Source: a virus
Taxonomy: Duplodnaviria; Caudoviricetes
Direction: 5' to 3' (one strand)
Length of the DNA: 40,905 nt
IMG/VR virus record: IMGVR_UViG_3300038673_000658
Span: 1 to 40,905 of that record
In this document: in pieces, positions 26,568-36,112 of the stretch
Layout of the letters: each line of letters opens with the position of its first letter
How positions within the stretch are numbered: position 1 is the first letter of the stretch
Made by a program: the position numbers and the translations under genes
Notes under the pieces: generated by a model
Seen by the model: only the letters and a program-made list of their open reading frames with translations
Told to the model about the DNA's origin: nothing
Database searches by the model: none

Positions 26568-27620
26568 ATGAGTGGATTAAGAATATATAGTCCTTTAATA
26601 TCAGAATCGCTTTTTAACAAAGATTACTATACTGTTGCAGACAGTGATGATCTTGCTCAGGCAGTCAAGATACCCCTTAAATATCTTGGTAATGTTATGG
26701 CACAGGGGGGTACTGACCTTATAAATTGGTCAGATACCCTCCTTAGTATTCATACTAAGTTAAGACTGACTACAGATGGTGGTGACAACTGGATGGCTTT
26801 TACATTACCTACTGCAGAAGGAGTAAGGGATTTGCTAGGTTCTCTAACAGCAGATGATAGATTGGATGCTTCTCATATTAAAGGACTTGATACCACCATC
26901 TCCTCATCCGTATTTGATTATATATCTTTTAATACCACTCCTACTGTAGGTGATTGGAGTCCTGGTAAACTCTATTGGTCTCAAGGAAACAGCGCTTTAG
27001 TTGTAGATGGGAATATTGATAAATTTGCAATAAAGATAGGATTAGAAAATTATGTTGAGGTAACTAATAATTCAGGTAATACTATCTATAAAGGCAATGT
27101 TGTTTCCATACAGAATATGGGCAGCTTACATCCTACAATAGTTCTTGCTAATCCATCTGATCCTACTAAATGTCAGTTTATAGCTGTTGCTGCTACTGAT
27201 ATGGCAGATGCTACATCAGGATATGTGATAACTCAAGGAGAACTTGCAGGAACTTCTGGTGGAATGACTTTTGATACAAGTTCAGTTGCTGCAGGTGACA
27301 CCTTGTATTGTTCTGCAACAGGTACTATAACTAATGTAAAACCATCTCCTCCTGATTATATCATCCGTATAGGAAAAGCATTGTATTCTCATGCTACTCT
27401 AGGAATAGCATTGATTCAGATAGAGCATATTGATCCTACAGATATTACTTTAGATCAATTGAATATAAACGATGATATAAATCTTTCAGATACTTCTTTT
27501 CAATATTGGGGTGATTCATTAACTAATGGTTCATGGAGAATGGGTCTTAGCGGTGATAATTTTATAATCGAAAGGAGAGAATCAGATGCCTGGGTTACTA
27601 AATCTACAATACAAGCATAA
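26568..27620 (+). CDS. fibre/decoration structural protein
   Basis: NNSGNTIYKGNVV...GYVITQG...DTS...GDTLY...P...IG decoration-type domain. Confidence 0.7.
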   Translation: MSGLRIYSPLISESLFNKDYYTVADSDDLAQAVKIPLKYLGNVMAQGGTDLINWSDTLLSIHTKLRLTTDGGDNWMAFTLPTAEGVRDLLGSLTADDRLDASHIKGLDTTISSSVFDYISFNTTPTVGDWSPGKLYWSQGNSALVVDGNIDKFAIKIGLENYVEVTNNSGNTIYKGNVVSIQNMGSLHPTIVLANPSDPTKCQFIAVAATDMADATSGYVITQGELAGTSGGMTFDTSSVAAGDTLYCSATGTITNVKPSPPDYIIRIGKALYSHATLGIALIQIEHIDPTDITLDQLNINDDINLSDTSFQYWGDSLTNGSWRMGLSGDNFIIERRESDAWVTKSTIQA

Positions 27621-27638
27621 TAATGAATACGCAGACTA

Positions 27639-30257
27639 ATGGCTGGAAAAAGAATTATAGAACTTACTAATAAAGCGCATTGGGACCCGCTTTATGAAAT
27701 GGTTGTTGACTTTACATCAGGAGGATTAGCTATACCTGAAGCATTAGCAATAACTCTTGCTATGGTAGGAAATACTTACTTTCAAGGGTCTGTAGACAAT
27801 TCCAGCTTTCATGATGAAGTTGAAACAGAAGATACTTTTTTCAGATTTTCAACAGATGGAGGGATAGTTTGGAAAAAACTTACTGATATTGTCAATTGGG
27901 ATGTTCAGGTTGATGGAGTTGAAGTAGCTACTATTACAGGAAATGAATATGTCAACTTTGTAGGTGGCACTGATGTTACTATTACTGCCGTTGATGATCC
28001 TTTAAATGGAGTTACACTTACCTTTGATTATAGTGGCACTCCTTCCACAGGAGTTGATAATTTCATTGATCTCACAGATACTGATCCTACCACCTATGTA
28101 GGATTTGCAGATCAGGTAGTTGTTGTCAATCCAGAGGAGACAGGTCTTACATTTAAAGAGATAACTCTCTTTGAAGAACCTCCTGATGATGGTAATACCT
28201 ATGGAAGATATTATGATGGAGACAGCTATGAATGGACTACTATCAATGCTCTTGATATTATTGAAGGTCCTGGTATTGATGTGAGAGGTACTACTACAAA
28301 AGCAGTAACTCTTGATTTTCATACCCTTACTGAAGATACTGTAAGTGATAGGTCTGAAGAGTATATTATGTTAGGATATTATGATCTTAACACAACCCCT
28401 GATCCTGAAACAGGATTATATATTCATTATAAAGATACTCTTAAAACTTTTTCGGACTGGGACATATGGAATGCCAAATATCTTAGGGATTGGGAAATAT
28501 CAGAAACCGATCCTGTAGAAGGTCAGGTATTAAAATTCATATCTAATAAGTGGACTCCTTCAGATTCAGCTACAGGAGATGGTGATTGTTTCTGGGCAAG
28601 AAATACAAGTTATGGTATGTTATATCCTGAGACAATCACAGATGAGGTTCTTGTGGGTAGTGGCACAAGGATTGGTGGTTATGGATTTCAGGTAGATACC
28701 AGTACTATATTCAGACTTACAGATGGAATAAGTCAAAGTAGACCTATTTATTTTGCCACAAATGCAGACACAACTAATCCTTTGTTTGTATTGACAGGGT
28801 TTAATAAGGATCTTACCTTATGGAGATATAGCAGCACCTATCTTGAAATGCTTAAATTTGACTATACCTATGACTATGTTAAACTAGGAGCATATACTGG
28901 TCTTAAATGGGGAGATACGAGTTATGCCATTCAAGGAATGAGCAGATATCATGATGGTCATTTTCAAGGTTATAATGCTACAAATACTTGGGTAAATCTT
29001 GATGAGGCAGGAACTACTACTGATATTGACATCATAGGTGGTGACGGTCTTACAGTAAGCATAGAGGGTGATACTTATACAGTTGATATGGGAACACCCA
29101 CCACAGTAACTTCAACCAGCACCAATTTAACAAGTGATACTACACATACCCATGCTTTAGATACTGTTCTTTCAGGAACATATCCTTTGAATGGTCCAGG
29201 AACATATACTGAACCAGTAATTACTGTTGACAATAAAGGAAGAATAGTAGCCATAGAGGAGGGTGTTGGTGAAGGTGATTGTTTATGGACAGTAGATACT
29301 TATGGCATACACTATACAGGAACTTCCCCTAAATTAAATGTAGGCGTAGGTAGTAACAGTTTATCCAGTTCAAGATTATATGTTAAGAGCGGTTCTGACA
29401 ATACTTGGGCATTGCAGATAGATGCCACTACAGGAGCTGCTGGAGGCTTATATGTCAGAGCAGGGGCTGTTGGCGGATGGATGGCTAGGTTCTTCAACAA
29501 CACTACTTCGATAAATGGGATGAATCTTGCTGCAGATGGGAGATTGTATCTTCCTACCTATACAGGCACTACTATGGACCCTGTAGAAGGTGTTGATACT
29601 ATAGTAAGATATTTAGGTGTTGATGCGTGGGGTAAAGTGTTTACTACTGAAATTACTGGTGGTGGTGGAGGTACTGTTCTCACTAAATGGTCAGTAACAG
29701 GAAGTGGTGCTTTAGGTAATGAGATAAGGCTTACTAATGATGAGGAAAATCCTGGCACTACTATGTATTATGGAACAGATGAGACAGGCACTAAGGGATG
29801 GCATGATTTAACTATTACAGGAGATAATTATGTTGACTCAGCAACTTGGGATGCAGATACTGATACTCTCACATTAGGAAGGACAGGCGATTTAGATGAT
29901 ATTACAGTTAATATCCCTATGGGAGGTGGTGGAGGATTCACTATTTTTGACAAACCTTTTGAATTCTGTGTAGTTGAAGGAACTACTGAAACTTTTACTA
30001 TAGATATAGAAGCTACTTATACATATAGCATTAACTCTTTAGTTATAGAATGTGATGGTACGATAACTGATGTTACAATAAAGAAAGATGAAGTAACAGT
30101 AGGTACCATAGCGAGTGTAACCACAAAAACTACAGGTACTTTCACTACGGGAAATACTGTACTTATAGGACAGAGAGTATCTCTTACAGTAACTTCTGCT
30201 GCGGCTACTTATATAATGAGAGGAAAACTTAATATAACAAGAATAGCGGAAAGATAA
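27639..30257 (+). CDS. mosaic tail fibre protein
   Basis: foldon-like EPPDDGNTYGR, HTH metal-binding motif, GTY...ITVDNKGRI, NDEENPG...YYGT...GTKGW modules, poly-Gly hinges. Confidence 0.8.
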   Translation: MAGKRIIELTNKAHWDPLYEMVVDFTSGGLAIPEALAITLAMVGNTYFQGSVDNSSFHDEVETEDTFFRFSTDGGIVWKKLTDIVNWDVQVDGVEVATITGNEYVNFVGGTDVTITAVDDPLNGVTLTFDYSGTPSTGVDNFIDLTDTDPTTYVGFADQVVVVNPEETGLTFKEITLFEEPPDDGNTYGRYYDGDSYEWTTINALDIIEGPGIDVRGTTTKAVTLDFHTLTEDTVSDRSEEYIMLGYYDLNTTPDPETGLYIHYKDTLKTFSDWDIWNAKYLRDWEISETDPVEGQVLKFISNKWTPSDSATGDGDCFWARNTSYGMLYPETITDEVLVGSGTRIGGYGFQVDTSTIFRLTDGISQSRPIYFATNADTTNPLFVLTGFNKDLTLWRYSSTYLEMLKFDYTYDYVKLGAYTGLKWGDTSYAIQGMSRYHDGHFQGYNATNTWVNLDEAGTTTDIDIIGGDGLTVSIEGDTYTVDMGTPTTVTSTSTNLTSDTTHTHALDTVLSGTYPLNGPGTYTEPVITVDNKGRIVAIEEGVGEGDCLWTVDTYGIHYTGTSPKLNVGVGSNSLSSSRLYVKSGSDNTWALQIDATTGAAGGLYVRAGAVGGWMARFFNNTTSINGMNLAADGRLYLPTYTGTTMDPVEGVDTIVRYLGVDAWGKVFTTEITGGGGGTVLTKWSVTGSGALGNEIRLTNDEENPGTTMYYGTDETGTKGWHDLTITGDNYVDSATWDADTDTLTLGRTGDLDDITVNIPMGGGGGFTIFDKPFEFCVVEGTTETFTIDIEATYTYSINSLVIECDGTITDVTIKKDEVTVGTIASVTTKTTGTFTTGNTVLIGQRVSLTVTSAAATYIMRGKLNITRIAER

Positions 30258-32569
30258 TGATTCTAACCAATTGTATAAGACCTGAAAAAGTAGATTGTGC
30301 CTGTAATCCTTATTTTGATGATTATGACAACAATCTTATTGGCAGACTAGATGTTGGCAATCTGGTAAGTGCTACCTGTACTTTTTCGGCTTATGTTATA
30401 GATTGGTATCTTGATGGGGAACTTGTATTGACTACAGGTAAAGGAACTGATCCTGATATAGATGAATATCATCCTTTTGTTAATGATGCAGCTTTAATTA
30501 TAGAAGATGCAGGAATTTATGTTCCTGTTATCAGATATGTGATTATAGATGGTGATAAAATACTTAGTGAACCAAAACCTTGTCAGAAATGGTGTGAGGA
30601 TTTATCTGGATTACCTTCCATAACTGTAAGAAGATTAGAATGTTCTGTCAGTTGTGGTGGTCCTACTCCGACTCTTGGATATGATTGTAAAGTGGTTTAT
30701 GAATCCCTCTTAGGTGTTCAAACGGAAAGGGATAAGACACTAAAACTTTATCTTGGTGATAATACGGGATATGTGGCATTTATTTTTACAGGATATATAG
30801 TCAAGGATACTGTTTCAGTATATTACAATGATGAAACTGAATATTTAGAATCTTATGTTGTAGGTACTAATGTATATCCTGGGAATGATCCTACTCTTGA
30901 TCCTATGGAAGTAGATGCTTCAAGTGTTAAATTTTTAGTAAATATTACTGATAGAACTTTTGTAGAAGGGGATTATTTAAGGATAGTAGTAACAGCAAGT
31001 ACGACTACTGATACTAAATGGGGATTAGAATTTGCTTGTCTTGATAGAAATTCATTTGACATAGGATGTGCCAGTTGCTTTCCTATTGAATCAAGAGATG
31101 TTGATTTAGCAACATTTACTCCTACCATGACTCATAATGGAACAACCTGTACTTATACTTTAGAGTTCAAAATGGATGAACCTACAAGTGATTGTGTTGC
31201 TTCAGACTTATATAAGTATAGTGGTATGACAGCAACTTATGGAGGAGGACTTAGTAGTTATGAGCCGATAGATGGAACAGTTAAGATAAACTTAATAGAT
31301 GCTCATTATTTTAGTTTTCAAGCTAAAACCACTAATAATTATGCTTGTACGCCATATAAAAGATATTCTTACATATATGATCCTGATGCTATAATAGAAG
31401 GCGATTCTAAAAAAAGAGTTACTTTTATATTCTATGATTCAAGAGATTTAGCAGCTTGGCAGAATAATTACAATTCGGCAATAGCCGATTGGAAAATGGC
31501 ATGGTCCCCAGATAAAACTTCATGGCAGTATTATAAACTTTTTTATATGCAATGGAGACAAAACCCAATAGACTATAATGAAGACGGAAGTGAAAAAATC
31601 TATTGTGATGATACTTTTACTTGGGTTCCAATTATAAATTTCCATAGAAATACAGAGGTAGCATTTGAAACAGGAAAAGTTGATCTTATATTTACAGCTT
31701 CTGATCCTACTGTAGGATTTACCCATCCCGTATCTACATATGGAAGTGGTGACATATATGGTGCTTCAGTAGCTAAAAGAATTGCTGGTCAAACAATTGA
31801 AGGAGTTTTACAACCTCAGATAAGTACTATTACTTTATCAGGGACAAATGGTACTCTTTCAATATCAGGAGCAGGTGGATTAACCAAGACTGTTACTTTC
31901 ACAACTGATATCTATACTACAGCACAAAATTTTGTTACGGCAAATGCAGCAGACTATTTAGCTCAAGGAATTATTCTTACTTGTACGACAAGTCTAGATT
32001 ATGTTGCTACAATGACAATGGATTTATATACTGAATTAAGAAATGACTTTGATACCAATTTTGTTCATCCTGCTGATGAAATAAGTAGGTGTAATAATGT
32101 TTGGTCACTTATAAACAGTCATGTCACTTCAATAACAAATACTTTAAGTTATTCAAAATTTTCAGGTAATTCAAGTTGTAAGAATTGTGCAACAGTGAAT
32201 GGTTATTATGTATATGAAATTGACACTGCACAGTTATCTGTAACTCCTTATTACTCCTATTATCTTCCTATGAAAGCATTATTAGGAGATGTATGTGCAA
32301 CAATGCCCGGATGGTTTGAGTGTATTCCTCAGGAAGGAAGTCCTGACAACGCCTGTTTATATACAGGATGGAAACATAGATATACCTTTTTCATCTTGGA
32401 TATGAAAGTAGAATTTACAAATCTTGAATATGAAACTGATCCTCCTGAGAAAACACCTGCTGAAATAATTCAACATAGGCTGGATAATTTCAGGATATCC
32501 TCAAGACTCAACAGAACTACAGGTGAATTAGAAGAGACTTATACTGTAATATATGAAACATCATCCTAA
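30257..32569 (+). CDS. Cys-rich structural/receptor-binding protein with permuted 99-aa domain
   Basis: about 23 Cys; 31685-31981 homologous to repeats of 17230..19575. Confidence 0.75.
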   Translation: MILTNCIRPEKVDCACNPYFDDYDNNLIGRLDVGNLVSATCTFSAYVIDWYLDGELVLTTGKGTDPDIDEYHPFVNDAALIIEDAGIYVPVIRYVIIDGDKILSEPKPCQKWCEDLSGLPSITVRRLECSVSCGGPTPTLGYDCKVVYESLLGVQTERDKTLKLYLGDNTGYVAFIFTGYIVKDTVSVYYNDETEYLESYVVGTNVYPGNDPTLDPMEVDASSVKFLVNITDRTFVEGDYLRIVVTASTTTDTKWGLEFACLDRNSFDIGCASCFPIESRDVDLATFTPTMTHNGTTCTYTLEFKMDEPTSDCVASDLYKYSGMTATYGGGLSSYEPIDGTVKINLIDAHYFSFQAKTTNNYACTPYKRYSYIYDPDAIIEGDSKKRVTFIFYDSRDLAAWQNNYNSAIADWKMAWSPDKTSWQYYKLFYMQWRQNPIDYNEDGSEKIYCDDTFTWVPIINFHRNTEVAFETGKVDLIFTASDPTVGFTHPVSTYGSGDIYGASVAKRIAGQTIEGVLQPQISTITLSGTNGTLSISGAGGLTKTVTFTTDIYTTAQNFVTANAADYLAQGIILTCTTSLDYVATMTMDLYTELRNDFDTNFVHPADEISRCNNVWSLINSHVTSITNTLSYSKFSGNSSCKNCATVNGYYVYEIDTAQLSVTPYYSYYLPMKALLGDVCATMPGWFECIPQEGSPDNACLYTGWKHRYTFFILDMKVEFTNLEYETDPPEKTPAEIIQHRLDNFRISSRLNRTTGELEETYTVIYETSS

Positions 32570-32579
32570 TATATAAGAT

Positions 32580-32798
32580 ATGGCTTGTGGAAACTGCAAT
32601 AAAAGAAAAGATCAGGCTCATATAGAAGAACTTGCTCAGAAAGTAGCTGATGGTACTGGTATTGAACAACAAGTATTTGTAGAAACTACTTGGGATGGAG
32701 ACATCTATGATTTTGAACAACTAGGTCTTGAAAGAGATAAGGTTGTTAAAATAGTAAAACTTAGTCAGGGTAAATATTTTGGAATGTTTGAAAGATGA
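32580..32798 (+). CDS. hypothetical protein (N-terminal CxxC)
   Basis: MACGNC; coupled to holin gene. Confidence 0.65.
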   Translation: MACGNCNKRKDQAHIEELAQKVADGTGIEQQVFVETTWDGDIYDFEQLGLERDKVVKIVKLSQGKYFGMFER

Positions 32799-33025
32799 GT
32801 ACCAAACAGTTTATAATACAAATGCTCTCAGCAGGGGATAATGTTTCCAGTAAAAGAGTTACAGGTGTGCTTTGTGTGTTAATATACATATTATTCATTG
32901 TATTGAATTTTTTTATATCTTTGTCAGAGACACAACTTAAACTGTTGGATGGATTGTTATGGGGAGGAGTTGTATTATTAGGGGTATCTTTGGTTGAAAA
33001 AGGTATCAACACTTTTAAGAAATGA
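32795..33025 (+). CDS. holin (two TM helices)
   Basis: SSKRV then two hydrophobic segments, basic C-terminus, overlaps endolysin start. Confidence 0.75.
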   Translation: MSTKQFIIQMLSAGDNVSSKRVTGVLCVLIYILFIVLNFFISLSETQLKLLDGLLWGGVVLLGVSLVEKGINTFKK

Positions 33026-33498
33026 GATTAAGTAAGAATTTTACACTTGAAGAACTCAGTAAGTCTAATACTGCTGAAAGATTGGGAATTAAAAATACTC
33101 CTAAGGGAAAATCCCTTGAGAATATTAAAATTCTTGTTGAAAAACTTCTTCAGCCATTGAGAGATGAACTTGGCTCTTCAATCTATATTAGTAGTGGATT
33201 TAGAAGTAAAATTCTCAACCTTGCTGTTGGAGGTGCTGAAAATTCTTTTCATTGTAAAGGGATGGCTGCTGATATAGATCAGGATGGTAGAAACCGTAAA
33301 CTTACCAATAGAATGATCTTTGACTACATCAAAGATAATATGGAATTTACAGAACTCATCTGGGAATTCGGAGATAATGAGAATCCTTCTTGGGTTCATG
33401 TAGCCTATGATAAAAATAACTTAAGTAAAGAAGTATTATACTCTTATAAAACAAAAGATGGAAGAACAAAATACAAAAACAGAAAAACAAATTCCTGA
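33022..33498 (+). CDS. endolysin, peptidase M15 family
   Basis: LSKNFTLEE, ISSGFRS, SFHCKGMAADI (H, D ligands), WVHV. Confidence 0.93.
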   Translation: MRLSKNFTLEELSKSNTAERLGIKNTPKGKSLENIKILVEKLLQPLRDELGSSIYISSGFRSKILNLAVGGAENSFHCKGMAADIDQDGRNRKLTNRMIFDYIKDNMEFTELIWEFGDNENPSWVHVAYDKNNLSKEVLYSYKTKDGRTKYKNRKTNS

Positions 33499-33622
33499 AG
33501 TTCTGAAACAGAGTAGTAGGTATTGGATTCCTTTACTTGCAGAACTTATAATTGCTATCTATCGTAAAGCTAAAGAGCTTATAAAGAAGAAAAAAAAAGA
33601 GGAAACTCTTAATAACAAATAA
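33458..33622 (+). CDS. 54-aa cationic amphipathic peptide (not in ORF track)
   Basis: MEEQNTKTEKQIPEVLKQSSRYWIPLLAELIIAIYRKAKELIKKKKKEETLNNK; overlaps endolysin end and fills the gap to next gene. Confidence 0.6.
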   Translation: MEEQNTKTEKQIPEVLKQSSRYWIPLLAELIIAIYRKAKELIKKKKKEETLNNK

Positions 33623-33643
33623 TTAAAATTGGAGGTTAAAAAA

Positions 33644-33895
33644 ATGGATGACAAAAGAAAAGGTTTCCTGACACCTGATCAGGAAAAACAATTGGATGAA
33701 CTTATTGTTCTCAAAGGACTTACTGAAGCGTTTGATGGTCCTGCCATTAAAATTGCAGACAATGTGGGATTACAGAAATTGAAAGAAAAAATTACTGCTG
33801 ACAATCCTGACATTCTACCAATCATCTATCAGGTGGTAGATGAAATTATGGAGGCTCTTAAAACTGTTCCTCCTGTTGTTGAAGAAGATGTTTGA
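33644..33895 (+). CDS. hypothetical protein in lysis cassette
   Basis: ATG 33644 preceded by GGAGG and A-run. Confidence 0.75.
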   Translation: MDDKRKGFLTPDQEKQLDELIVLKGLTEAFDGPAIKIADNVGLQKLKEKITADNPDILPIIYQVVDEIMEALKTVPPVVEEDV

Positions 33896-33924
33896 TATTA
33901 TATCAGACAAGATTAAAAAAGCTT

Positions 33925-33964
33925 CTAAGAGTGAGAGAGGAATTCATTTCTCTCTTACTCTTAG
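33925..33964. terminator. long hairpin, possible terminator or processing site
   Basis: CTAAGAGTGAGAGAGGAAT / ATTTCTCTCTTACTCTTAG; lacks a clear T-tail. Confidence 0.55.
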
Positions 33965-34018
33965 CAAGTATAGAATACAGAAATTCATTAAAACTATAAA
34001 GAAAATACTCAAGTAGAT

Positions 34019-34699
34019 ATGTTGCTTTCAGAGATTAGTTATATGATAATGGAACAGCTTCGTTCCTATAGATTGGTAGACGATGAGGAAATGGATATTC
34101 GTCTGATAAATGATTGGGTTAAAATGAAGAGAGCTGACATACTGAAGAATAAAGCTAATTCAGGATGCAAACTCAATCTCAACAATATGCAGACTATAGA
34201 AGTTACTGTTTCCAGAAATGCAACTAATTCTACTGCACAAAATGTATATCCGTTTACTACATTGACTGAACAGGATTATTTCTTTTATAAATCTACTACT
34301 AAGATACCTACTGTATTATGGACTTCTTCAGGTCCTCTCATATATGAGATAGCATCTTCTGATGGGATGAAATTACCTTATTCGTTCGGTTCTCATAGCA
34401 GATTAAGATTTGCAGGTAATGGAAGATTCAATACAAATCTTATTTTTGCTGCTATTGATACGGATAGATATCTCTATATGAGTGATAATACTTATCTTAC
34501 AGCAGATTCAAAAGTTCTTTTAAAAGCTGTATTTGAAGACCCTACTGATATTCCTACATTTAATGTGGCAACAGATGAGTTTCCTTGTTCTCTGGATGTT
34601 ATGGAAGCTATTAAGTTAAGTGTCTTTGATAAGGACTTTAGGGTTGCCCTTAATTCCAAAGAAGATATAAATGCAAATGATGCAGACGACCAAAACTAA
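34019..34699 (+). CDS. tail ring/neck protein
   Basis: LSEISYMIME...IRLINDWV...RA, AVFEDP, DEFPC motifs; crAss-like synteny. Confidence 0.7.
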   Translation: MLLSEISYMIMEQLRSYRLVDDEEMDIRLINDWVKMKRADILKNKANSGCKLNLNNMQTIEVTVSRNATNSTAQNVYPFTTLTEQDYFFYKSTTKIPTVLWTSSGPLIYEIASSDGMKLPYSFGSHSRLRFAGNGRFNTNLIFAAIDTDRYLYMSDNTYLTADSKVLLKAVFEDPTDIPTFNVATDEFPCSLDVMEAIKLSVFDKDFRVALNSKEDINANDADDQN

Positions 34700-35237
34700 A
34701 AAACAACCTTATGAGCATGATACTCCTATAACTCATACTCTAAGGGATAGTTGGGAATATTACAGAAACAAAATGATGAATAAGGATAAACCTTATTTGT
34801 CAGAAAAAGAATATCGTGCAATATGTTATGCTTTTCTAATTGAACTCTCTAAGAAAATTATCAAGGAGAGTTTTGAATATAAGATTCCTGCAAGTTTGGG
34901 CTACTTGAGGATAAGAAAAGGAAAGCTTAAATTTCAGATAAAAGATGGAAGGTTAAAACCTTCAAAAAAGATAATTGATTGGGGTAATACCAGAAAAGTG
35001 TGGTATAAAAAATATCCCGGTCTCACATTAACACAGATGAAAGAGATACCTGATAAGCCACTTGTTCTCTATACCAATGAACACACCAATGGTGAAGTGA
35101 TGAGATGGTACTGGAATAAGGAGACTTGCAGGGTTAAAAATAAAACAGTATATCTGTTTAAACCTACAAAGACTAATAGGAAGAATCTTAAAAAATGGAT
35201 AAATAATGAGTTCAGGGAAAATGATTATGCTTTCTGA
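34671..35237 (+). CDS. IHF/HU-like protein
   Basis: YKIPASLGYLRIRK, IDWGNT, LYTNEHTNG...WYW, YLFKP; sits before tail tubular gene as in crAss-like phages. Confidence 0.75.
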   Translation: MQMMQTTKTKKQPYEHDTPITHTLRDSWEYYRNKMMNKDKPYLSEKEYRAICYAFLIELSKKIIKESFEYKIPASLGYLRIRKGKLKFQIKDGRLKPSKKIIDWGNTRKVWYKKYPGLTLTQMKEIPDKPLVLYTNEHTNGEVMRWYWNKETCRVKNKTVYLFKPTKTNRKNLKKWINNEFRENDYAF

Positions 35238-35263
35238 GAATTCTAAATCAAATATAAACGACA

Positions 35264-36112
35264 ATGGCTTTAAACGGTAATTTTGTATCATTTCAATCTA
35301 TCATTGAGAGGGTATATAGGAATGCAGGATATCAGACTATAGACTGGATAGAGGCGATAGAACATATTGCCGATGTCATTGGGCTTATAGGAGCTAGGGA
35401 AGCGTATCAGACCATTACCACAAATAGTCTGAATGGAAATCCTGCCCCTCTTACCATAGTTGACTATAGGGCAAGTCTTCCTTCAGGATATGTATCTTTG
35501 GTTGCTGCCAGAAAGATTCAAGTTAATGATGATGGGACTATAAGCAGATTTTATCCTATGATCTATAACACGGATTTATTCTTCCAATCTCCTATAAAGA
35601 AAATACATGAAGATATCAGTCCCGGTACTTATGACACTACAGAATGGACAGGTGAGGACGGTGAATATACACCTACACCTATTATTGTTGAAGGGAGTGC
35701 TGTATCCACATCAAGGGAATATGTATATTCTTACAGAATCAACAATACTTTGATGGAAACTAATTTTGAAGATGGATTTGTTGAGTTGGTATATAATGGA
35801 TTTGTCACTGATGACCATGGTTATCCTATGATTCCTGATGATATAAAATACATTAAAGCTGTTGAGTCATATCTTATTGAAAGAATAGATTATAAGAAAT
35901 GGAGATGTGGCGATCTTCCAGATAAGGTTTACAGACATTCAGAACAAGAGAGAGACTGGTACATAGCAGCGGCAAGAAATAAAGCTGCCATGCCTTCAAT
36001 AGATAGGATGGAATCATTGAAGAATCAATGGCTCAGGTCTATTCCAAGACATAATGAACATGCCACAGGATTTAGATATACTAATGTTCAGGAAAGAAGA
36101 TATATCAGATGA
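35264..36112 (+). CDS. tail tubular (ring) protein
   Basis: NFEDGFVELVY...DDHGYPMIPD...AVESY, QERDWY, PSIDRMESL; synteny with stabilization protein. Confidence 0.82.
   Translation: MALNGNFVSFQSIIERVYRNAGYQTIDWIEAIEHIADVIGLIGAREAYQTITTNSLNGNPAPLTIVDYRASLPSGYVSLVAARKIQVNDDGTISRFYPMIYNTDLFFQSPIKKIHEDISPGTYDTTEWTGEDGEYTPTPIIVEGSAVSTSREYVYSYRINNTLMETNFEDGFVELVYNGFVTDDHGYPMIPDDIKYIKAVESYLIERIDYKKWRCGDLPDKVYRHSEQERDWYIAAARNKAAMPSIDRMESLKNQWLRSIPRHNEHATGFRYTNVQERRYIR

Noticed and set aside
33631-33635. GGAGG Shine-Dalgarno suggesting a non-Bacteroidota host
   Set aside because: Isolated case; most leaders are SD-less and the promoters are Bacteroidota-type
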